DNA of 64,000 nt from Hydrolagus colliei (taxonomy: Eukaryota), in assembly GCA_035084275.1 (NCBI GenBank), contig CM068744.1:42656001-42720000 (forward strand). The letters are read 5' to 3'. The position numbers and the translations under genes were made by a program. Shown here piece by piece: positions 26,210-36,499 of the stretch (position 1 is its first letter; every line of letters begins with the position of its first letter). Under the pieces are notes generated by a model. That model was given only the letters and a program-made list of their open reading frames with translations. It had not been told where the DNA came from and ran no database searches.

Positions 26210-29200
26210 AAAAGAAGCAGAGGGGAGGTGAGGAGAAATGTTTTCACTCAGCGAGTTGTTCGAATCTGGAACGCATTGCCTGAAAAGATGGTGGAGGCCA
26301 ATTCGATAAGAACGTTTAAAAGAGAGGTAGACATTTATTTGGGGAAGATGGGTTTTACGGGGTTATGGGGAGAGAGTTGAGGAGAGGGATTGAATTGTTC
26401 TTTTCAAAAAGCCGGCACAAACTCAATGGGCCGAATGGCCTCCTTTTGTGCCGTAACATTCTATGATTGTATGATTCAAAGCCAATCAGAAACCTGGGCA
26501 TCTTATTCAACCCTGAACTGTCCTTCCTTCCCCACATCCACGCCATGACCAATACTGCCTTCCACCACCTTCGCAACATCAGCAGACTCTGCCACTGCCT
26601 CACCCACTGCCCAAACCCTCATCCACACATTCACCACATCAAGGCCCGACGGAACTCCCTCCTCATCGGCCATCCTGGTTCTTCCCGTCACAAGCTGCAG
26701 ATCATCCAGAACTCTGCAACTCGTGTCCTCACCCACACTAAGCTCCGCGACTACATCATTCCCACTCTCGCCTGGCTCTGTTGGCTCCCCATCCCCCAGA
26801 GGATCAAATTTAAGATCCTCGTCCTCACCTTGAAGGCCATTCATGGCCTTGCCACCTCCCCCTGCTGTCCTCTTATGAACCTCCTCACCCACTCCGTTGA
26901 GCGGGCTCCGGCCTGCTCCATGTCCCCCGCCCGATCTGCCCTACCATCAGCGCACGGGCTTTCAGCCTCTCTGCCTTCACACTCTGGAACTGCATCCCAC
27001 AGTCCCTTCGGTTCACTCACTCCCTCATCTCCTTCAAGGCCAATCTCAAGACGCTCTTCTTCGACCGTGCCTTCTGCTGCCCTCTCAACTCTCTCCCGCT
27101 CCTTCCCACTAACCTGCCCCTCTCCCTTGCTCGGGTCCCGACCTGACTGTTCAGAGCCTTGGGACATCCTCCCGACATGAAAGGTGCTCTATATATGTAA
27201 TTTTGTTGTTTGTTGTATAACAAAATTACATTTCTAGAGCGCCTTTCACATCAGTGGGGGAGGGTGGGGGGGGGGTGATTGAATTATTGTCAGTTGATAA
27301 TAAACAAACTCCTAACACACACACAGTGGTACTTTGGGTTCAGAATCATTATCTGGTGTCAGAACTAAACTGAACTTGTAATGGAATAGAATAATAATGA
27401 TAATCCTTGCATTTGATATAGCGCTTTGCACGTCTTATAGATGTCTCAAAGCGCTGCACAGAATATACTGTAAAATGAATTGATTGTATAGTTGTGGGTT
27501 GCAATAAAATGTCAAACATAATGAGGAACAAGTGAAACAGATTGAGGACAAAGCCTTTACAAATACCACAATTGTCTGACTCCTCTATATAGTCTGATAT
27601 TAATAGGGAATCCTCTGTAATTCTCTGATATTAACACTAAGTCCTCCATTACCTCAAACCACCCTTCCTCTGTAATCTCCTAAACCCCCTACCAACCTGC
27701 CCGCTCTCTCTGCTCAGTAACCTCCAGCCTGCTCCATGTCGTCTTCCCCTCCACTCTCCCCATCCCCAATACCAGCTCAGGTCTGACACATTGACTGTCT
27801 GGCACCATGACTCTATTTAGTCTGGCACTTGCAGCATCAACCTCCGTGGTTGCCCACTCGACCTCACTAAGCCAGTCAGGAACCTAAGTGTCTTCTTCAA
27901 TCTTAAACTGTCTTTCCTCCCCCACATCCAAACAATGACTTGCTCTGCCTTTCCTTATCTCCACTATACAGGTATACCTCGCTTAACGTCGCCGTTTGGT
28001 TCTTGAAAAGTGCAACTTTAAGCGAACACATTTTTCCCATGAGAATTAATGTATAAACTGAAGTTAGTTACTTTTGGACATTTTTCATCAGAATTTCCTA
28101 AACGAAAGCATTATACTGTACTCGCTCCTTGACCACCTGCTCCATGACTCACTCACTCGCTCCCTGACTGCCTGCCCGCTTCACTCACTCGCTCCCTGAC
28201 TGCCTGCCCGCTTCACTCACTCGCTCCCTGACTGCCTGCCTGGCTCATTCACTCTCTCCCCGGATGCCTGCCCGACTCACTCACTCGCTCCCTGACTGCC
28301 TGCCCACTTCACTCATTCGCTGCCGGTCTCACTCGCTGCCTGTCTCACTCACCGCCAGCTAGCTGGTCTCACTCGCTGCCAACCTGCCTCGCGCTCTCCC
28401 TACCGGCCTGGCTCACTCCCAACCTGCCTGTCACTCTCTTGATGGGCAGTCCCTAGCACCGTCGTGCCCCCTTTCCATCCGCTGGCGAACATTGTAATAG
28501 CAAACGTCGTAATAGCAAACGTCGCAACATTAAATGGATTTATGTTGCCAATGTATCAGCAACATAATACCGAAGCAGCGTTGACCGAAGCAACGTTAAG
28601 TGGGGTCTACCTGTACAGCCCAACTCTGCCACTACCTTACCTCCAAGGCCGCTGAAACCCTCATTCATGCCTTCATTACATCCCGGCTCGACTATGCAAA
28701 TGTCCTACTTGTCGGCCTCCCTAATTCCTCCCTCCACAGACTGCAGATAATCCAGAACTCTGCGGCCCATGTCCTCTACTGCTCCAAGCTTCATGAACCC
28801 ATCTCACCCATTCTCGCCTGTCTCCATTGTCTCCCCATCATTCAAGATCCTGGTCTTCACATTTAAAGCCCTCCACAACCTCGCCCCACCCTACATCCGT
28901 GACCATCCAACCTGCCCGCCTCCTCCGCTCAGCAGGCTCTGGCCTGCTCCACGTTCCCCGACCCACCCGCCCCACGATTGGTGGGCGAACCTTTAGCCAC
29001 CCTGCCCCCAACCTCTGGAACTCCATCCCGCAGTCCCTCCGCCTCACCCCCTCCTTGACCTCCTTCAAATCCCGCCTCAAGACTCTCCTCTTCGATTGTC
29101 CCATCGGCAACTAATCACCCCCTTCCCCCCCACCCAGCTCGGGCTTACAAGTGACTGTTCAGTGTCTTGGGATGTCCTCTTGATGTGAAAGGCACTATAT

Positions 29201-29230
29201 AAGTGTAATTTTGTTGTTGTTATTGTTGTT
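26210..29230 (+). mobile_element. CR1 tail followed by L2 fragments, between the two convergent genes
   Basis: CR1 3' end to 26470; ORFs 26467, 28600 and 28827 are L2 ORF2 C-terminal fragments. Confidence 0.8.
27969..28613. mobile_element. Tigger/Tc1-mariner-like non-autonomous DNA transposon inside an L2
   Basis: TIRs CAGGTATACCTCGCTTAACGT and reverse complement CAGGTAGACCCCACTTAACGT; TA on both flanks; internal ~31-bp tandem repeat. Confidence 0.85.
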
Positions 29231-30362
29231 TCATTCATATTTTCAAGACTGGTGGATAGATGTTTATTTGGTAAAGGATAACAAAGGATATGGAGCAAAG
29301 CTGGATAAGTAAAATTAAGGTACAGATCAGGCATAATAATAATTATCGCATTTGATATAGCACTTTTCATGTCTTCTAGAAGTCTCAAAACGCTTTATAG
29401 AATATACTGCAAAGTGAATTAACTGTATATTTGCGGGAGAATCACGACAGACGCACAATAGTATCCCACAAACAGCCATGGATTAATTAACTAAATTATT
29501 ATTACTTCTTATATTGAGGTATTATTATCAGGCATGTGCAGTAAAGATAGTTGCCTGAGGTATTGCTCTGCTGGAAATCAAACCCAGGTCTTTCGCTTAC
29601 AGGCCTCTGAGCTACAGGACTCTATAGCCATGGTGTAATACAATGGCAGAACAGGCTTGAGGGGCTGAATGGATGCTCCTGTTCCTAACAGACAGTTTAA
29701 CAGACTATATTGGAAAGTGACTCTGTATTTCTGGGAGAAATGCGAGAGCCAATTGCGCACAGTCACGGAATTAATGAAAACATTTTTTTAGTGGTGGAAT
29801 TATTACCCTTGGAAGCGATCCACCAATCAATTAACCGTTCCCAATTAATTGGTTCCCAATTATGGTGAGGCCAACACGGGATTGGGGAGTAAGGAAATTG
29901 GCCTGGAGTTTGCTGGACCTGGGTATCAAACCCTGGTCCTTTTGCTCACAATCCGCTAAGCTATGGGACTCCACAAACCAAAACATAAGCATTCATTATT
30001 ATTTATATATTAACAAAATAATGCAGACAGATTTCAGGGGAATACTTTGTACATAGGTACACTTACACACACACATATATGTACATACATAGTACACACA
30101 GACGGACCATACACAGCACACAAACATATGCTAGTAAGGCGAGCGCTCTATCCACTGAGCTACAGGACCACTGCCAAGAGTGTAGATGTACTAGACTTCT
30201 TTGTATTAAAAACACCTGCTTGGTTGCATCATCTTCAACTCCCAAGTCTCCTTCAACCCCATCCACACCATCTTCTCCCTCTGCTACAGTTCCTGCCACT
30301 CCCCACTCCTTACATTCCTTTGCCCCCATTTTTCCCTCTTCCCTCTCAACCGCAATCACCTA

Positions 30363-30555
30363 NNNNNNNNNNNNNNNNNNNNNNNNNNNNNNNNNNNNNN
30401 NNNNNNNNNNNNNNNNNNNNNNNNNNNNNNNNNNNNNNNNNNNNNNNNNNNNNNNNNNNNNNNNNNNNNNNNNNNNNNNNNNNNNNNNNNNNNNNNNNNN
30501 NNNNNNNNNNNNNNNNNNNNNNNNNNNNNNNNNNNNNNNNNNNNNNNNNNNNNNN
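30363..30555. other. Assembly gap (193 N)
   Basis: Run of N. Confidence 1.
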
Positions 30556-30739
30556 CACATACAAGTGAGAAGCAGGTGAGTGTGTGAAGCTGGAGAAGGT
30601 GACAGGGTTGATCCACTTGCAAACTCCAAGTCTAAGCACCGAGACCCCAATGGCAGGACACAGCACAGTCACTACAGCAAATACGATGATAGACCTTCTG
30701 AAGCTGAGGTCATCCTGAATCTGGGGTGACTGCCACAAC

Positions 30740-30758
30740 TCAGCTCTTATTTTGTACT
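30740..30758 (-). CDS. Tentative gene B last exon (RVQNKS*)
   Basis: Best downstream acceptor (GCTTACCTTGACAG). In phase 2 it gives a short tail and TGA; in phase 1 it reads as a TM-like peptide (see findings). Confidence 0.35.
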
Positions 30759-31679
30759 CTGTCAAGGTAAGCACAAAGGGAGGAGAGGTATGAGATGACA
30801 CCACAGGCTTTAAAGTCACTAGAAGCCTTGAAGCTGGAACCACACCAACAACAACAATGCGCTGGACAAGCGGTTTTTTGGACCCGAGCTGGGGTAGGGA
30901 TTGGGGAGGGTGCGGGCAGGGGTGTGAAGGAGGGTAATCGAAGGTACAGTCAAACAATAGGGTCTTGAGATAGATCTTGAAGGAGGCAAGGGTTGGTGTG
31001 AGGTGGAGAGATTAAGGGATAGAGTTCCACAGGGTGGTAGCAGAGTGGCTGAAGGCCAGCCCGCCAGTCGTGGGAAGGGCAAGGTGGGGGAAGTGAAGCA
31101 GGCTGGATCATGCTGAGTGGATGGAATGGGCAGCTTGGTAGAGATTTAGGAGATCGAAGAGGTAGGGGGAGCTAGGCCATGGAGGGCTTTAAAGGAGGAC
31201 TGGGGCCTTGAACTGTATCTTCTGTGTGATGGGAAGCCAGTGGAGTCAGGCGAGGGTGGGGGTGATAGGGTCATGGAGCCCGGAGTGGGAGAGTGCACGA
31301 CCTGCAGAGTTCTGGATGATTTGTAGCCTTGATGGGGGGAGTTGGGGAGGCCAACAAGCCTATTTTGTGGTGGAACCGGGAAATGTTGAAGGTGCAGGGG
31401 GAAGGCAGAGCAGGTCATGGCATGGATGTGGGGTAGAAAGGATAGTCAAGGGTTGAATAAGACGCCAAGGTTATGGCTGGTTTGGGTTTTGTTTATCTCC
31501 CCCACTCCCTCCTCCCCCCCTACCCCAATGTGCTCCACACACAGTAAAGCTCCTTCTACACTGTGCTGCCCAATATAGTGACTGTGTTTCTAAGGAGCAG
31601 CTATTGTGCTCACAGTAAAGCTCCACAAACAGACATGAAGTGACTGAGCGACACCTGGTGGCTGGAGAGAGACACTCAC

Positions 31680-31723
31680 CTGCTCAGCTCCCCGTACACT
31701 GAGGGCTGCCGTGGCTGCAGTGT
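31680..31723 (-). CDS. Gene B cytoplasmic exon with SVYGEL
   Basis: Acceptor TTCTCTCAACAG; TLQPRQPSVYGELS; donor AG|GTGAGT; phase 0-2. Confidence 0.78.
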
Positions 31724-32423
31724 CTGTTGAGAGAATGGTAAAGAATGATTAGTGTGATGTGTAGTGTGACCATGTGAATGGTCTGAACATTGAGGCACTT
31801 TACACTATTACCATGTACGTAGAGTCCTCGGGAAGATCCTTAGAGCTCTGTAAAAAAAAAGTTGAAAATAAGTAAGTTCTGTAAAAAATAAAAATATTAG
31901 AAAGAGATGAAGAACAGAGAGACAGTGATCAGCAAACTACATGTTTATTACCAGGTTCCTGACTATTGACAGGCACTCAACCTTCCCCGTGACAGTCACT
32001 GTGACCCTCTCAGTAAAGACACAGACATGTCTATGACCAGTGTGTGAACTCCCTGGTGATAATACTAATAATAATAATCATTTGATATAGTGCTTTTCAC
32101 GTCTTATCGATGTCTCAAAGCACTTCACAGAATATACTGTAAAGATAATTGACTGTATATTTTATGGGCAAAACGCAGAAGCCAATTGTGCACAGCAGCA
32201 TCCCCACAAACAGTCGAGGATTGAAATGACTAATTTTATTCTTGTGGGTTTTCTCTGGTTGGATTATCATTAGACGTGTGGAGTAAGGAAACATGCCCAA
32301 GGTGCCGCCCTGATCTACTTGGATTCGAACACAGATCTCACACTTGTAAGGCGAGTGCTCTAACCACTGAGCTACAGGAGATGTGACAAACAAACACTGA
32401 ACACAAGACACAGGTGAACTGAC

Positions 32424-32488
32424 CGGCCTGCAGCCTGAAGCAGAGACATTGACATAATCTAGAGCGGAGCTGCTGTCCTGAGGCACAT
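32424..32488 (-). CDS. Gene B cytoplasmic exon with LDYVNV
   Basis: Acceptor TTTATTTCACAG; (D)VPQDSSSALDYVNVSASGCRP; donor CCG|GTCAGT; phase 1-0. Confidence 0.8.
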
Positions 32489-33412
32489 CTGTGAAATAAA
32501 CAATAAAATGTCAGTGACTTTGAATGGAAAGTGTCTGAATATTTGTCACAATCTGACTCCAGGTACATTGGAAAGTCACAGTTTGTGATCTGTTGGAGCT
32601 CAATCTGAGACTGATTTTAATCTCTTTATTTCCAGGTCCACAATATTTCCCCACTCAGCCATTACCTTACTCCCAAAGCCTCTGAAACCCTCATTCATGC
32701 CTTCATTACATCCCAGCTCAGCTATGCAAATGCTCTGCTGTTGGCCTTCCTAATTCCTCCCTCCACAGGCTGCAGATAATCCAGAACTCTGCGGCCTGTG
32801 ACCTCTACCATTCCAAACTCCGTGACCACATCTCCCCCATCCTTGCCTGACTCCATTGGCTCCCCATCATCTGGAGGATCCAATTCAAGATCCTGTTTCT
32901 CACATTTAAAGCCCTCCACAACCTCATCCCACCCTCCATCCATGTCCTCCTACCCCTTATCAACCTGCATTCCCCCTTCGCTCAGCAGACTCTGGCCTGT
33001 CTCCCCATCGTGTCTGTGCTGGTGTTTGCTCTCCCACAGGAGCTGCCTACTCTAACCCCATTCGCTGCTCTCTCTCTATCTTTCTACCTTTTCCCTTCCC
33101 CCAACCTGAATGTTCAGTGCCTTGGGACGCCTTCCCGACGTGAAATAAAATTTCACTATAACTACAGTTCTATAAATGAAATTTTGTTGTTGTGTTGTTG
33201 TTTTCTTCATTGTGTATGTGCTGGTGCTCGCTCTCCACTGGGGCTCTGTACTCTAACCCCAATCCCTGCTCTCTCTCTCTCTCTCTCTCTCTCTCCCCAT
33301 CATGTCTGTGCTGGTGCTAACTCCCCACTGGAGCTCCCTACCCCACACCTCGCCTACAGTGTGGTTTAGATCAGGTAAAAGATGGGGTTAAACATACACA
33401 ACAGTTTCTCAC

Positions 33413-33532
33413 CAGAGCACACGGGCCTCTTGTAGATAAGAAAAGCAGCTCCAGCACAGGCCAGGACTCCCAGAGCTGTCCACACAGTGATCCAGATCAG
33501 GGATAGCCTGGCCTCTCCTCTGCTCCCTCTAT
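33413..33532 (-). CDS. Gene B transmembrane exon
   Basis: Acceptor TTATATTAG; RGSRGEARLSLIWITVWTALGVLACAGAAFLIYKRPVCS; donor G|GTGAGA; phase 1-1. Confidence 0.82.
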
Positions 33533-35099
33533 CTAATATAATAACAACAACAACTTGCATTTACACAGCGCTCCTCATGCAGGATAGTGTCCCAGAGTGT
33601 TTGAGTCATGGAGCTCAATGCTGAGCCAGCGAGAGGAGAGGGGAGCATAGACACTGTCCAATAGGAAGGTCTTCAGGCGCCACCTGAAGATGATGCCAGG
33701 ACACAATGGGATTTGTAAACGAGTTTGAGGATCTTGACATCAATCTGTTCAGTAATAGACAACCAGTAGAGCCTGGTTGCAAGTGCAATGGGGGGGAATG
33801 GAGCTAAGTACTGGTCAGTATGAGGGCAGCGAAGTTTGGGATCAGTTAGATCCTGTACCTGATGGAGTTGGGGAGACCGGAAAAGAGAGCATTTGGGAAG
33901 TCGAGTTGTGAGGTGACAAACTCATGCACAAAGGTTTTGGCTGCATTTGGGGTAAGGCACTGTCGGAGGCAGGCAACGTAGGGGGAGGTGGACAAAGGTG
34001 GTCCTTGTCAGGGAGGTGGGGGAGGAAGGGCAGCTGGGGGTCAAATCAGACCCTAGATTGTGCACTGGGTCATTGAGTCTCAGGGAGAGCCAAAGAGGTT
34101 GAGGACTTTAGAACCACAAGAGTGAAGACGTTGTTAGGAAGCCAAGGCTTCCATCTTGTTCATGTTCAGCTGCAGGAAGTTTACACTCATCCAGGCCTTG
34201 ACGTCTGACAGACAGAACATCAGCGGACCTGGAGTTGCTACGGAGGCAAAGTAGATTTGTGTGTCATCCTCATACATGTGGAAGGTTACTCCATGTATGT
34301 GGATGACATCACCCAGAGGGAGAAGATAGTGAAGGAAAAAAAGAAGGTTAAGGATGGAGCCCTGGGGAACTCCACAGGTGACCAGACGGGGGCGGGAGGA
34401 GAAACCAATGGAGGTGGTTGGTAAAGTAGGACTCGAACCATGTAAGGAAGTCTCACTGAGGTTGATGAGGGAGGAGAGGGGATGGAGGAGGATGATGGGG
34501 TAGACTGTGTCAAACATGGCAGAGATCCAGGAGGACAAGGAAGCAGAGAGAGCCCTGGTCACAAATAGAGAGAATGTCGTATGTGACTTTGCCAAGTACT
34601 GTCTCTGTGCTGTGGGCAGTCAAGATGTAAACCAGACTGCAGAGGCTGGAGGAGGGAGTGGGGGAGAGGTGTGACCAGAGTTGGCCTGTAACAATGGGTT
34701 CCAGGCTTTTGGCAAGGAAGGGTAGATTAGTGATTGGATGAGAGAGATTAGGTGGGTGGATTTATTGAGGAGGGGTGGAATGACAGCGGTTTTCAGGGGG
34801 AGAGGAACAGAGCCTGAGGAGAGAGACTGGTTAACTGTGTTGGGGGAAAGGGGTGAGAGGTGGGTGTTGAGTGACCCTCAAACTATGAGCTCACAGAATG
34901 AGCTCTCTCTCCCCAGAGAGTCACCTGCTCACCTAATTCAGGAGAGTATTCAGTACAGAGTGTACATTGGGGTAACTGTTGGGAGTCTAACCAGCTACAC
35001 TCACGTAGCTTACCATTGATATCACTGTCTGGCCAAGCTTTCTCACTGCTTGTCCAGCTAGCCCTACATGTTAGTTAGGGTTTTGGCTGCAGGGCTAAC

Positions 35100-35445
35100 A
35101 GGAGATGTAGTGGGAGGATTCCCTACCCCCAGTGACTGGTCTGCCTTTGCAGGTCCAGCTGATGACCAGCCTGGACTGTGCTGTCATCAGCAGTGAGAGA
35201 GAGAGACCTGGATACACTGTGGACCCTCCTGGCTCAGGGACCCTCACAGGGATTGGGGGGGAGGCGGCTTGATTGTGACCTTGTGTCACCTGGAAAGAGG
35301 TGGAGAGGCCACGAGAAGCCTGTTTGTGACTGTTGGATTTCCACAGAGGCTGGTTAACAGGGACTTGACAGGGAGGCTGTGGAGCCCAGTATGGTCACAG
35401 AGGAGGGGGGGAGATGAGACAATAACAATGGGAGGGGCTGGGCAT
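35100..35445 (-). pseudogene. Possible decayed C1-set Ig exon in gene B
   Basis: Same frame as V3: LPPSS..ILGSTASLSS..*PASVEIQ..SVSRSLSLTADD, then WTC in a shifted frame. Contains stops and lacks the first Cys and the Trp. Visual resemblance only. Confidence 0.4.
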
Positions 35446-35511
35446 CTATCCTGTTGTCCATGTCAGATGAAGGAATGAATGGACTTGATGGCTGAGTGCT
35501 GCTGTACTCAC

Positions 35512-35862
35512 TGGTTACAATGAGCCGGATGCCTTGACTTGGCCGGATGTAGCCCCACACTCTGCAGGTATAGAGGCCGGAGTCACTGATTGACGTGTTG
35601 CTGATGCTCAGAATGTAGCTGTTACTGGTCACGTTCCTGACAGGCTGGAAACGCTGGCTCACATTGTGGGACCTGCTGACGGTGTCATTGGTGAAGAGAC
35701 TGAGCCCCCACTGGCTCTCATTTCCAGACAGCTGCCAGTCCCAGTGCACATCAGCCTCTCCCACAGCGGCCCTGTCCATGGAGCAGTGTATCTGCACTGG
35801 GGCTCCCTCTGGTACCCTCAGCATTGCCGGAGACTGAGTGAGCACCGGGTCCTCGCTCGCAC
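35512..35862 (-). CDS. Gene B exon 4, VJ-type domain V3 (absent from gene A)
   Basis: Acceptor CCATTAACAG and donor A|GTGAGT; PVLTQSP..IHCSM..VHWDWQ..RFQP..YILSI..DSGLYTCRVWG..QGIRLIVT. Confidence 0.9.
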
Positions 35863-36097
35863 CTGTTAATGGCAAACAGTCAAAGTTTAACACAGGCACT
35901 AGGGATCCAGAGAATGGGGAAAGAGGGGCTAAAAGCCTGAGCCCCAATGCTGGGGTGGGGTGGGCGGGGGACAAGGAGCAGGCCGGAGCCCACTGAGTGG
36001 AGGGAGCGGACAGATCTATATGGAGTTAGCAGGTCACAGAGTGATTTTATCTGGGGATTATTGGCCAGGACACTGAGAGAATATAACATGTACTGAC

Positions 36098-36442
36098 TGG
36101 TTATGTTCAGCCCGGTCCCGTCCCCACAGACATCTCCCCACACACAGCAGTGATAGACGGCAGCATCACTGAGCGTCACGGTTGGGAGGATCAGAATGTA
36201 GGTGTTATTGGAGGTGACTCTGGACGGCTGGAGACGCTGAGTGGAACCTTCGGAGCCTGTTATCCTGTCACTTGTATCATGTGTTAAAATCCACTCTCTC
36301 TGCTGTCCTGGGAGTTGTCGGTACCAGTGTACATCGGTGCTGATCACATTGGCCTTCTCCATGGAGCACTGTAACCGGGCCGGGCGTCCCTCTGTGACAC
36401 GTTCCAGGGTCGGGGACTGAACCAGGAGAGGAACAGCCTCAC
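36098..36442 (-). CDS. Gene B exon 3, VJ-type domain V2
   Basis: Overlaps ORF 35880-36362; same splice sites as gene A V2; 4 nt differences in 345. Confidence 0.93.
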
Positions 36443-36499
36443 CTTTAAGGGAAACATTTCCTTCAGTTACAGTCCAGCCTGAATATTGACCAACAAACC

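Noticed and set aside
27299-27508. AATAAA as the gene A poly(A) signal
   Set aside because: Two candidates lie in or near repeats over 1.2 kb past the stop, and sequence alone cannot decide between them.
30047-30650. ORFs spanning the N run
   Set aside because: Artefacts of translating the gap.
25963-31723. Naming the genes PD-1, SIRP, NITR or MDIR/CD300
   Set aside because: Only short tail motifs resemble them, domain number and type differ, and no search or synteny was available, so gene symbols were left blank.
31950-32012. Extra gene B exon
   Set aside because: The only candidate acceptor is GAG, and the flanking exons already join in phase.
14075-32380. tRNA genes (GTAGCTCAGTGGTTAGAGCAC heads)
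   Set aside because: Each continues into a shared SINE body and tail and lacks a complete cloverleaf.
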